A DNA stretch of 62,279 bases, the filler included, from Sphacelaria rigidula (taxonomy: Eukaryota): assembly GCA_964200075.2 (NCBI GenBank). It is 9 parts of 9 records of this genome, joined end to end, with 100 filler letters (N's around TTAATTAATTAA, not from the genome) between each part and the next. Parts side by side here need not be neighbours in the genome. Positions count along the whole stretch, not along the records: positions 20,797 to 27,627 come from CAXNAA020017862.1; positions 27,728 to 34,558 come from CAXNAA020017863.1; positions 34,659 to 41,489 come from CAXNAA020017864.1; 6 more parts are not named here. One strand, given 5' to 3'. The stretch's first letter is position 1, and every line of letters begins with the position of its first letter. The position numbers and the translations under genes were made by a program. A model generated the notes under the pieces. It worked only from the letters and a program-made list of their open reading frames with translations. It was not told the DNA's origin and made no database searches. Below, piece by piece: positions 24,101 to 36,309 of the stretch.

Positions 24101-26021
24101 TGATGAAATGAAATGTCGAATTGCACACGTACATACACAGACAGGTGGGGAGGTAGGGCAGCACGGCACTAACTATTCCAATTCATGAGGAAAAACGTCG
24201 AATCGCTCACGAACGCACGCAAACACGCATATAATGAGGCATCAAATATTTCACACATTGCTAAACCCCCCCCCCCCCTCCCCTTCTCCCCCGCCGTCTA
24301 TACCTTTTGCATTGCGACGCACCACCTGTACCTACAACACTACCCAGGGAGCCGTGCTACTGGTCGAAGCCGCCAAAGAGTGGAAAGGGGAGCGGGCATT
24401 GGGCGCGGATGGGCAATTGGCGCGTGCCTGCTCCGCTCTGGGCGAGGCAGGCCGCCTGGATGCGGTCGTGGACGTGTGCATGACGTGCGCGGGAAATTTC
24501 GATCCTCGTGCAGGTAGTGCTGGTGGGGCGGGCAAGTTTGCGAACGGCCACCATTTCCACACTGCCGGCGGTGGGACTGACTCGAGCGGAATGGGGGTGT
24601 TCGTTAACGGCGGGGTCGCGCCGGACGTTCCCGCAAATGGCAACGCGCTAGCCTTGGTGTTGGCGCCCACGTATGGCGGGGGGGGAGGAGTGCCGGGTGG
24701 GCTGGAGGGGGGCAGGTTTGGGCTTGGGGGTGGGAGTGGGGGTGCTGGGGAACGTGGCGTGCTGAGGTAATTTTGTCGTAGTGTGTCGGAGATTTTAGTA
24801 TTTGCCGTTGTTTTGTGTGCTGTGTGTTGTGTGTCTTCTGTTGACCCAAGCTTCCCCCCCCCGTTATTCATGTGTGTGTGTGTTTTGTTTTATTTTTTCG
24901 TCTGTTTTTCCGTGTATGCTTCTGGTATGTTATCTTTGAAACCATTCTTGGCGGTACTGTCTCTTTTGTTTTGAGGGGGCGCGGAGGGGGGGGTGGCGTA
25001 TTTGCAATCTTGCTTCCAGAACTTTGATTTTGTTCCCGTTTCCCTTGTCTTCTTAGTAAAACGTGAAAGCGTGTGTTCGTGTGTGTGTGGTCGTCCCATC
25101 TGTTCTGGACGCCAGTCTACACCTTTCAGTATATGTGGGCGCACCAGCCGGGATCACACAGGAGGAAGGTCAACAAAGAAGCTTTTTATTTCTTTATTTC
25201 GATTCTGGTACCCCTCCTTCCTTCTGCGGTGCTTGCCTTTATTTTTTTTCGCGAGAGGGGCTCAGCAGTCCCTTTCCCTCGTCGACCGTTATGTCGAATG
25301 TTGTGTATCCACGACATTGTCGCTCTCCACTGTTGAGCATGGTGTGAGAAAAAAATCCCACATCGCTCCGAGAATTGAACCCCCGACCCAACTGACAGAA
25401 GGTTCCGAGGTTACCAACTGAACCACCGGGGCTGTGTGTTTTTTGTTTTTGTTTACAAGAGATCCCACTTGATAGGTTCCACATCCACAGCTCGGTTCCG
25501 ATCTTCTAATTATTTATTTTATTTGATTATTTGTCCCCCTTCATTCATATTTCAAGTCTCACCCGTGCTTAATTTCTGTATTTGGATACCTTCCGTTTGT
25601 TCCGTCGGACCTGATACACTCTCAATCACCAACATCAGCTGGGAAGAAGGCGCTTATCAGGGGGGTGGTGTCGTGGGAGCAGCTGAGCGGGAAAAGGCCA
25701 CGCTGGAGTGCTATCAGCGGGTGCTGGATACAGTTCTGGGCCTCATGGAAACTCCCTCACCGGCTGAAGACAACGAAATGTCAAACGGTGGCGGTGGTCG
25801 GGGTTTGGAGCGCGTGGACGGTCTGATCTCGCGATGTTTGGCGTACGATGCGCCTAGACTCCACGAGATGTTGTTTGGGCTGCTTGAGGTGCAGTGTACA
25901 CATCGTTATGGTTACGTTTTTTTAGTTATTTTACATACTACCATTATACCAGTACAACTACTACTGGGGGTACAGTATGCATCATTGTGCTAGTCTTTTT
26001 TAATTCGTTTTTAGACCGCTG

Positions 26022-26082
<61 letters not shown>

Positions 26083-26503
26083 TGCAACTGTAGCTGTAGC
26101 TGTAGCTGCAAAATATTTCACTCAAATGGGATAACTCACCGCTTACTGTGATGCTCAATCTATTTCAAGCGTTCCCTGTTAGCTGCGTACTGAAATATTG
26201 ATTGGTCTATGAAGTCAGGGCGAGAACGAAGACTCTTGAGTGAAAACTCGTCTCTTTGAACGATTGTCGTGCTCATGCTCATGTACGTGCTTTCTGATGA
26301 TTTTTCATATTCTCCCATCTCATCCTGTTGCGTGTGTGGCGTGCATCATGTGTGTTTGATATGACTCATTTTCTTCTTTTTATAAACAGGAGCACGACAA
26401 GAGCCTCCTCTTGCGAATCAAGACTCCAGGGGTCGAGAAATACCTACGGAAGGACCCGCAGTTGTTATTCCGTCACTTCATGCTGCACAAGGAATACCCT
26501 AAG
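21167..26503 (+). CDS. NUP155: Nuclear pore complex protein Nup155 (Nup157/170 family), partial. Exons 21167-21348, 21736-22008, 24348-24766, 25639-25888, 26390-26503.
   Basis: GT-AG introns with consistent phases give a continuous frame. The motifs LARELGSSCSTFFSQGD...GLELL, AVVDVCMTCAGNFDP, CYQRVLDTV, DAPRLHEMLF and LLLRIKTPGVEKYL..QLLFRHF follow the order in the Nup155 C-terminal helical region. The 5' and 3' ends lie outside this contig. Confidence 0.88.
22253..22537. repeat. Intronic inverted repeat (~65-bp arms)
   Basis: GGCAAAACCTCACGCCGTTT...GTTAGACCCTAAAATTTTGTAC versus GTACAAAATTTCAGGGTCTAAC...AAACGGCATGAGGTTTTTCGCC. Confidence 0.7.
23520..23831 (-). mobile_element. tRNA-derived SINE family B copy (in Nup155 intron)
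   Basis: Minus-strand head GCCCCGGCGGTGTAATGG (A-box) ... GGTTCGATTCCC (B-box). The body is shared with 37994-38431, 41320-41470, 52868-52940, 55826-56062 and ~59995-60290. Confidence 0.8.
25078..25432 (-). mobile_element. tRNA-derived SINE family A copy (in Nup155 intron)
   Basis: Same head and body as 5454-5761. Confidence 0.8.
26022..26076. repeat. (CTA)n microsatellite
   Basis: Directly visible. Confidence 0.95.
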
Positions 26504-26811
26504 GTGACGACATCCGCAGTCTTTTTTTCACCGAAGCCATGCTACGATAGGGAGGGGGAGAGGAGGGGGGATGTTCCATTCCACGAACATATATGCTCAT
26601 AGATGCGTCGAACGACCTAAAACACTCGCGGTGCGCTTGTATTTGGGTAAAAGGGGTATAAAGCAGTACGGATGAGCTCTCTTTATCGAGAGCAAGCGCG
26701 TTCGAACAACTGTTGACTGCTTTCAACGGCGATTGGAGTGGAATTTCGTGGAAGAAAACGGCCCGAAATCCCGCCCCCTCGATCATAGCATGACTCACCG
26801 GAAAAATGACG

Positions 26812-26812
<1 letters not shown>

Positions 26813-26866
<54 letters not shown>
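26813..26866. repeat. (AC)n microsatellite
   Basis: Directly visible. Confidence 0.95.
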
Positions 26867-26868
<2 letters not shown>

Positions 26869-27471
26869 TTTTGCTCATGAGTTTTCCACCCACACCATTT
26901 AGGGTCGCGGATCATAGTACAACCTCATCGCTCCGTTCAATATGCACGTATATGCGATCCCGTAGACAACATCCACTAGGATCATGTCCCACCAACAGTT
27001 TGGTAGCTATGGAGCGCGCGTTTTTATTTCTGAGAGTATCTACATTTTCTCATCGTGCGTCTTCAACATTTTAGTCTCCGTCTTCATCCACAATCAAAAG
27101 TTAGCGGAAGAACACTCCCAGAAGAAAGATGACGATGAGTACAGTACTGCTGCGAGTGATTTCCAAATTTCATTTCATCCAATACTTCCATTTTTACCGT
27201 TAATGCTTCTTTTTTATGGTGCGCTCGTGACTCACAATGCCCGCAGTACAACCACGCTTTTGCTTGTGGCGGATAACAAAGCATCTACATGTCGGGCAAA
27301 ATGTTTGCTACTTGCCTTTGATGAGATAATAAAACAAGGAAAATAAAGAAAATAGGAGGCAAAATAAAAATAAGACGCAAGATTTTTACAACCAAGGAAA
27401 CCCCACGTGCACGAGGTTCACTTCAATCAGCGTCTGATCCCAACGTGCGCCCTTCGCCGAAAGCTTGCTGC

Positions 27472-27627
27472 TTTTGATCAGAAGGGGGCTTACTCATTTG
27501 TTGCTCGTCTTGATCATTTCACCACTGACCACGCATCCCTTTCGAGGAGATTTGATCAGAAGGAGGGGTGTACTCATAATCATGCTTGCCATAGTCATAA
27601 GACCATTGACCTCGCATCCCTACAAAG
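27472..27627. repeat. Two diverged ~78-bp tandem units of a high-copy GAGTAC(A/G)CCCCC repeat family
   Basis: TTTGATCAGAAGG..GG..TACTCAT...TGACC.CGCATCCCT occurs twice. Related sequence is at 1-45, 38076-38196, 48520-48560 and 55450-55470. Confidence 0.7.
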
Positions 27628-27727
27628 NNNNNNNNNNNNNNNNNNNNNNNNNNNNNNNNNNNNNNNNNNNNTTAATTAATTAANNNNNNNNNNNNNNNNN
27701 NNNNNNNNNNNNNNNNNNNNNNNNNNN

Positions 27728-30721
27728 TGAAGTACCGCACAGGTCCCCAAAACGCAAACGCCGACTTCCTGTCACGCTTGCCCTTACCAGCCCAACCCAT
27801 CGACAACTCCGCCTTGGGTCGCATCACAGACCCCACCGAAGACATTGTATATTTTATAACCACAAATGGTCATCGCGGACTCTATACTCCACTCTCACTT
27901 AACGACAACTCGGCACTTGTCGAAAATAAGCTGACGCCTTCGGCTCACGCTTCTGCATTGAGCAATTTGAACCCACGATCGTTGTGTTCAGTTAGGAGTG
28001 AAATTCGTGCAACTACCAGCGGGTATGATCAATTTCGTGCGTCTGGTCATCGGATAGTTTGCACTGTGGAGCCGGTTTCTACTGACTGCGTCCTTTCGGT
28101 TCAAGTCTGAGACCTCATCTCGAGTCGGACCCGAGGACGTCGGGTCGCGGAAACGGCTGCCGCCCTGGCAGCAGCCGACCCCGACCTCCCAATCCTCAAC
28201 CCCATTCCAGTCCCCGATAGCCTCCTCGCGCCCCCGCTACCTCCACGGCGCAAAGCCCCCAGAAAATCGACACCTTCCAAACCACCTCTGCCCATCATAG
28301 TTGAGACCTCGGCTGTGCCTCCTCCACCCCGTGATGGTACCACCTCCGGTACCACACCATCCGACACCCTTCACAACGTAGGAATTGAGGTGAACGTTCC
28401 GTTTGAGAATACACTGACCACTCCTTCTGACCTTGACCCAAATAACCCCTCGTGTACATCCCACAGCGATTCGATCCCCTGCGTTTTGGACAACCCCTCC
28501 GACAGTGTATTCAAGGAGCGGGCTCTCTTTTCTCACGCCGACTGGGCCCGGGAACAGCAAGCTGAACCAGCTTGTAGAGCAGCTATATATTATCTATCCA
28601 AAGGATGCCCCTCCCCCTTTCCAGAAACTGAGTTCCTTTTGCCAGTAGGGCCCCACCGAGCCCCCACACAGGATGAAGTTACTGAATTATCGCGTAAAGG
28701 CATGCTTTATACGGATGATGATGGCGTTGTTCTTTTAGTTCACCGGCCCCCCACGAACCCCCCTGGAGGGAAATCTACAAGTAGTCACGCCCGTTTGTTG
28801 GGTGATGCCCCCGTACGTATTTATGTTCCGATGCTTCTGCGTCCATGGGTTCTCCATGAATGCCACTCACAAGCATCCACACATCTGGGCGTCGCTAGGA
28901 CCTCTCAGATGCTTCAGCGTTTTTTTTGGTGGATTTGTATGGACCAATGTGTGCGTTGGTGGGTTCGGCGGTGTCTTTCTTTGCCAAGCACGCAAAACTT
29001 CACGTCAAACAGTTAGATGGCCGGTAATCTCTATGCCCCTTCCCAATGGGCCTGGTGAAATAGTTTCATGGGACTACTTTGGCCCCCTGCCCCTCACTGA
29101 TAGTGGTAACAAGTACATTTTGTTGTTTACGGATCGGTTCAGTCGACATGCTGTGATGAATGCTGTTTCGGAGGCCAATTATAGTGCAGAAGGGACTGCC
29201 AATGTCCTTGTGTACACATACATCCCTCAGTGTGGTGTCCCCAAACGTTTGTTATCCGATAACGGCCCACATTTTGCCGGCAAACTTTCTGCTGCGATCA
29301 GTAATCTCCTGGGTGCCCATCGTATTTTTACTAGTTCATACCATCCATCCACAAACGGTGGGACCGAACGAGTTAATCACACAATGGCGCAAATGCTTTC
29401 CACAGTGACCAATGAGCGACAAACGGACTGGCACCTGCACTTGCCCCTTGTCCAAATGAACTACAACAGCTCCGTCAATGCTGCCACAGGCTTGGCTCCT
29501 AATGAATTTCATATTGGTCGTATGCCCAGGCTGCCATTGACAGTGTTCGACAGGAAACCCCCTGGTAGTCATCAGAGTTTGGATCGGGATATCGTGGAGT
29601 ATCATATGTCTGTTAGTAATCGTCTTCGTCTTGCATATGAGGTGGTTCGGGAGCAGAATTTGATCAACGCAGCAAAGGTAGCCAAGGCAAACCGCGTGTT
29701 GGATGATGCAGTGAACCACCGTCCGGTCTACAAAGTAGGTGACTGGGCATGGGTGTATAAAGATGTGAGAACTGTAACCCAAGGTGCGAGCTCTGCTAAG
29801 TCGCCGTCGGATAAGGTGTTGAAGTCGAAGCTTTGCTTGAATTGGACTGGTCCTTGGAAGATTTTGGCAGTTGGGCCCTGTGATACCGCCCCTGACGATA
29901 AACCAGTAGGTGAGAAGCTCTTGTATTTTGATTTTCCCACGGATGAACCTGGCGTCAAACCCCAAAACCGGGTCTCGATGCTTCGGTGCAAGCCGTGTGT
30001 GCCCCCTCACGACACTAGTGACCTGCCCAAGCAATTGCCTATGGGGCTCAGTCAGTATGTGCTAACCAGGTATGCGGCGGAATCCCCACCGTACCACATG
30101 ACGGTTGAAGACGCTGACGGCCCTCTTGAACGTGTAGTGGTAGATCGCACCTTGGGCCACCAATTAGTTCGAGGTCGAGGTGGTAAAATTGCGGTTATGT
30201 ATCAGACTCACTGGAAAGGCCTCATGCGTGTTACGTGGGAACGGGAGGAGGATTTGCGTCATTTTCGAAGAGAGATACTTTTGTATTGGGTCGGAGATGT
30301 CGGCCAACACCGCTCGTTGAACAAACGAAATAGGTCTATGCGAAAAGGCGCAGGAGCTCGTGAAGTGGCCCGAGAACATTCGGCACGATTTGTCATTTCG
30401 GGCTATAGTCTGATTTCTCATTCGCAATAACTGCGCGCTTGTTCGAAGAAACGTTTGCCGAAAGGTGCATATTTTTGGTACAGGGCTATGGATTCGCGGT
30501 GGTGACTGGGAAAGATTCATTTGATAGATCCTGAGGCGGACGATTCCCACTACATTCGCTTCCTCGGTGATCCGGGTCCTCTCAAGATCCGCCTCCACGA
30601 CGATTACTACACCGAGATGCCGACAACTCGCCGAGGATCTTTGTGCCTACAACGACACGACAAAGGGGACATCGACACAGCTGTCTCGCGCAACCCCGAC
30701 ACGGCGTGGGACACGAAATAA
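27728..30721 (+). mobile_element. Ty3/Gypsy LTR retrotransposon pol 3' half (RNase H end, integrase, chromodomain), pseudogenised
   Basis: KYRTGPQNANADFLSRLP (RNase H end); HECH..HLGVART..FFWW..VRRCL/CQARK (H2C2); SWDYFGP..DRFSR..LSDNG..NGGTERVN (DDE core); WTGPWKI; MYQTHWKG..TWEREEDL (chromodomain). Stops at 28108, 30428 and ~30503; frameshift at ~28980. Confidence 0.95.
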
Positions 30722-33700
30722 TCTTGATAGCGAATTGCGCTCCTTCCGATTTTATTCGTGTTCTTTGAAATCCCCCCCCCCCCCTTTTTTTTCCCTTGTC
30801 TTATCGTTGATGCCGTTTTCTCAAGCACCGTTATGATTCGGTTGTCTGCATTTTCCTTACCGCCAATCGTAGTCCCCCTGGTCTCGTCGTGTTTTTTTCA
30901 GATTTCCCCCTGCTTACCCTTGTCCTCTCGTGGTCTCGTTTCCTTGAACACCGTGTAGCCCGGTTGCCCAGGTTTCCCTCGGCAGTACCCAGTAGCCGCG
31001 TATGCCTGTGTTCTGTAGTGAACCATTGCCGCGTATGCCTGTTCCTGTATGAAGCTTTTGTGTTCTCTTCTCCTTGTTTTTGTTAGCGCTTGTTTTTTCC
31101 CGTTTTTGTTTTTCGTTCTGTCCTGTTTCCCTTTCTTCCTCCCTTGCATGTTCAGCTGTTTTCCTTGTTTCTGTCTTCGCTTTTTCTTTTTGTTTGAATT
31201 CGGACGCGGCTAATGCACACAGTTGGTATTCTTCAGCACGGCCCGTACCAACCCCTTTCCGGGGCAACTACCCGGTGTGTGCGATTGACCAACCACGTAC
31301 GCCATCAACCTCTCCAATGGACTGGTTCTTTCGGCGTACCCTGTTATGCGTTTCACTTCTAGTCTTTCCTTTGTTCTGTTTTTGTTTTTTTGACAGCTCA
31401 ATACCGTTGGACTCACGTTGGCTTTCGATGACCGGGTTATGTGTTGCATGTCCAACAAGCCCTGTTCTTGAGTACCGCCGCAGATTCTTTGTAATTGCTC
31501 GCTGTATCAATTGCCCCATGTTCGGGGATATTACTTTTCTCTTGCATTATGTTCAGTTCCGTTGCGTGGCTATATTCCGCCCAATATCAGTCCGCCAAAA
31601 ATTGTTTTGTTTTTCGCAGTCTCGAGGTCGTACATCCGGTCCGCCGCTTCGGAAATCAGTACGGTGGTTCGTTCTTGTTGTAGGGTTATTGCTGGCGAAT
31701 TATCGCGTTAATGTGCTCGGCGGGAGTTTATCCTTCCGTGTGTATGCACACCCTCTCGATTTTCTCGTCTGAACGGGCAAGTATCCAAGAGCGGACCGCA
31801 TTGGCCCCTCTTTCTGTATACTTGTCGTGGTTCACCACGAACGCATCGGATTACCCGCCTTGGATTTATCTCCTACGGCTGTGTGTTCTTCGTTGACGCT
31901 TTGTGGGACGATACAGGCACCTTTTTAATTTGATGGGCCGCCTTCATCGTCATGTTGGTGCATCATGTTGCCTCAATGCTGCATGTTGATCTTGGTTTCC
32001 GGTGTCTTCCGCTCAGCGATTATCTTTTCCCGCTCGATCATTCAACACCGTTGGGTTCTACTGATGAAAGTAGTGTACGATCGTTTGTGCTTCCCCGGTA
32101 CTGTGAAACGCCTTGGCAGGCTGCTTGAAGAAACTCTCACAACGGAACTGGACGTGTATTGAGACATAATTTCCCCTTCGCATGATAGCAGTCAAGCATT
32201 ATATCAAGGTTTTGTAGCGGATGGACTACCGGCTTGTTTTTTCGCTGCTTCAGCTTTTTATGGCGGATTTGTCCTGGATTCCCGGATATTTCGTAGCTTC
32301 CGGCGCTATTTTTCCGAGGATTGTCGATTCTTGAGTTTTTCACACCCTTCGTTTTTTTTTCAATATGTCGTGTCGCCCTCTAAGTCCCCGTCACAGTACT
32401 CCACCCTTGACGTGTCTCACATTTTCTTTTCATTGTGGTATCTTGTTTTGCTTTTTATTTATTTATTTCTGTGGTGTAGGGGAATGGAATGTGTGGGTAA
32501 AGCAACCTCGTTTCACTGCGTTCTCCTGCGATTGCTTTACCCATTGGAGGCTAGTGTGATATGATGTGACTGTAGGACGTAGCCATGATCTTGGGCAAAG
32601 ATGACATTGAATGATGGACATTTTTATGTTCAAATAGCGGAAAATTGGCTGCCCCTCGGGTTGACGTTCTACGGAGAGCATGTATTTGAATTCGAAAAAA
32701 AAGGTAGTGACCCAACCATGGCATGTATTGAAGAGCTCGGCTCTTGGGTTTTATGGTATGGCCTCAGTTTATGATGATCATGGGGCGGCGAAACACGTTT
32801 GAAGCTGTAAGCAGTTCCAACGAGCGTCACTCTCTTCTCATTCCAGTTTTTGGCTGCAATTCAACAGTTTCCCCATCGGCGTATCTACAAACCGCGAGAA
32901 AGTGAGTCCCAGAGATGAGAGCAGTAGTCGGGCTGGTGTTTTGTCTGATGTGTTTTATTGATTGGGGCTTCGGCTTGTTCGGTTTGTCTTGTATTTCCCT
33001 GTTCTGTAGATGAAGCTTGGATGCAATCCATTGCGTGAAGAGAACGGTGCTACCCTTGTCTATATTTGCTTGTTGTCTCCTTGTGGATGCAAGACGAGAG
33101 TGACTGTGGTCGGCCCGCGCTGCTGAGCTGAGTAAACAAACAACGTACACAGAGGTCTGAACCTGGAATCAATCGTGATGAACACCATTGCACCCTACCC
33201 AAGGTGCTTCGCCCTTATCACATCACAGTTGGAGCTCCCGCACTGCCTCTGCTGTACATTTTTTCTCTTGAGTTGCGTTGTGTTCGGACTGCCGCGCTGT
33301 CGTGTATACTACACTACTACTGTGTGCCTTGCATGCGCATCTCTTTTGTTTGTTCACCGTCTAGCCATCTGTAGCCGTTGCTCTGTCATCTATCCCTGGC
33401 GACATGAGTTCACGGGCCTCCAATGCACTAGACGTTCGCACCCTGCGCCGACTCCGACGCGAACGTACGCGAGCAATAGCACTTGCCCCCCCACCATCCC
33501 CACCTGCTCGTCCCAGCTGCCTCTCTGTGGCACCCACCCCAGTAATGATACCCATCTACTCTGTAGCGGATGCGCTTCATCATTTAGAGTCCAATTTATA
33601 CCGCGAGTCTCCTACCCCCGTTACATTTTTCCCACATGAGCTGCCCGTACATTACCAGCTACCAACTCTTTTCTACCACCATCAGCACTCTATCAGCGTG

Positions 33701-35599
33701 CATTCTTTCGCTACACCCACCCCGCCGCATGTACCGTCGGCCTTTTCTTCTTCAGTAGCTAATGCTGACCGTCTCTTGCTGTCTCAAGATGTGCTCACCG
33801 TGCAGCACATTTGGTTTTGTGCCCAACCTGGGTGTTGACTGTACATCATCCGATCCCACCCTATACAATGTATGTGAACCAAACATCCGTGATAAGACTA
33901 CAGTACCACCCGCTTCCCAAGGTCCTGTGTTCATCCAGTCCATTTCGTGGACTCCGGTATGAACAACTCGTCCAAACCCTCTCTCTAGTACCTTCTTAGA
34001 TCACCCCTCCCTGTCTTTCACAGGTGCCTGGCCCCCTGGCCACCCTCTTGACATATTGATAACACTTCTACTTCAAACCCCATTGTCAACCACAGGTCCA
34101 CAGTAGGGCCCCAACAACCTTCAACAACAAACCGCGGCAATATATTTTCTTTTACTCAGCCAGTGCACCATCACCGCTTAACAAAATCCTCGTCGGCCAG
34201 CGTGGGTTCTCGCTTGTGGTGTGGATACGCTAGCGTTGACCGTTCTGTCATGACGGGTTCCATGACAGCAAAGCCCCGTGCAACATTGCATGGCTCCCAA
34301 ATGCGCAATGACCAACCCCAGTGTTTTCATACTGGATCTGATCACCCAGTTATTTCCGAGTGGTAGTAATCAATGCCAGTTGGATCCGATCGCCCCGCGG
34401 AATCGGCAGTCGTGTAGCGTAGCACCTACCGCCTTAGAAGCAGGTACATCTTCTGATACGGTAGCTGTTACCCCTACGATCGTTCATCGTAGGATGAAGC
34501 GTTTACAGAGACTTCCCAGCCCCGACAAGGACTCAGGAGTCCAGTCGAACCCGGTAACNNNNNNNNNNNNNNNNNNNNNNNNNNNNNNNNNNNNNNNNNN
34601 NNTTAATTAATTAANNNNNNNNNNNNNNNNNNNNNNNNNNNNNNNNNNNNNNNNNNNNTATGGGATACCCCGGTAAATACCGGGGGTACGCTCGATACGG
34701 TACCTTACCTACGGTGCCTATGGAATAAGTCTAGCACGTCCCGAGCGCCCACGCACTCCAAATTCTACTGCTGTAGTTTCTCTGGGCAGCGAATATCATG
34801 ATATACGCAGTTCCTGCTACCCTAAAGGACAGGTGTTGGTATTTCACACGCACTTGTGGCAAAGACGAACGCCGCTGAGTGTATCTTACCGCGAAACCCT
34901 GGGTAATATGACCAGGAATACGTCGATACCGATACTGAAGACGGGGCTACAGGTTTCAACTCCGCTTCGGTGGAGTCCGGCGGATCGGAAGAGATGCAAC
35001 AGCTGACCAGGTGAGGAAACAAAAGCGAAGAGGGTATCGGACACTACACAGGAAAAACACCCCGGTTACAATTTGCTCGTGCGCTTCGGTGTCTTCAACG
35101 TAGAGGGTACTGAGCAGCTAAGATACCTATTGCATCGATAGAGAGATGATGAAGTTTACATCGGTTGGGCGGCGCAGATCGTCCTATTGGTCGAGAAAAT
35201 CGAGATGGGAAAGATCGTCACTGTGGATGGTGTTCCCCATAGCATACGGTACTGGGCAACAGTTGGGAGGGAGACGTTTCACGGGGGGTATGCAGAGGGT
35301 AACATTATTGGTCATGACCAATGGTTAAGTAAGTGCACTAATGGGTATCCGCGGGTACTCACGGCCGCACTGGAGTCATCCGGTGTGTGGAAGACTAGAA
35401 ACCAGCGTTACATGGGCGGTTATGGTCGTCAATCAGCGGCCGCGGGCACCTATGAGTCGGTGATGGGAACCCACGGGCCCGTTAGTGAAAAGTCCCCGGG
35501 ATGTCCGCGTCTAGCTTTTTTTGCACTTGAGAACTTGCTTCCTGGATATTGTATATGACCTCCGGCAGCAACCGGTTGCGGATACCGAGTATTATTGCA

Positions 35600-36309
35600 C
35601 AAGCCTCATCTGGGATATGAATATTGATCTGAAACGTCAATCCGGGATTTTACATACATCTGGACGTTTACATGGGATACATATATAGATCTCCATCTGG
35701 CATCTATCTGAGATCTGATGTTTATCTGGGATATCCGTCCGGAACCTGAAGTTTACCTGGGGTATTAATCCGGGATATGGACGTCCAGCTATAATAGAAT
35801 GTCCATTTGGGATATTTCAACATCTATCTGAGCTCCCCTACGGGATGAGGATGGCCGTCTGAGGTGTGGTCATAGCTTGGTCTGGAAGTGGGATATTGCT
35901 GACAGTCATCATGGGGCGTCATCGTCTACGTTTCCCGTCGTTGGACTAGCTTGCTTTGTCGTTATTTGGTCTGGACGCCCGAGTTCCCGCTGGGAACTGA
36001 ACCTGTCCCCGAACCCAACACCAATGAGACAAACATCTGGGCGCTGGTAGAACGTAGTGCAAGGTACACGAGTGGGATATACACCCTAGTAAATGTGCAC
36101 TGATGTAACATCATGTCGTATACGCAAAGATGGGCGTCTCAGATGGGCATTCCACACGAATGCGAGGTTCCACATGGATGTGCTGCACGAATGAGACGTA
36201 TCAGATGAATATCCCAGGCGGGCTTGAGATCTGAGATGTATATCCCAGATAGATATCTGTATCCTAGACGCATAGATCGGATGGGCATCCATAGCCCAGA
36301 TGGGGCTTG
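35600..36309. mobile_element. 710-bp non-autonomous TIR element with oriented subterminal repeats and a possible 2-bp TSD (CACTA/EnSpm-like organisation)
   Basis: TIR CAAGCCTCATCTGGGATATG versus reverse complement CAAGCCCCATCTGGGCTATG, with CA on both flanks. ATCTGGG motifs repeat in the left third and CCCAGAT motifs in the right third. Confidence 0.7.

Noticed and set aside
29336-30034. Long antisense ORFs overlapping Gypsy, LINE, Copia and Nup155 frames (e.g. 29336-30034, 19377-20087, 21691-22275)
   Set aside because: They are shadow ORFs opposite recognisable coding sequence.
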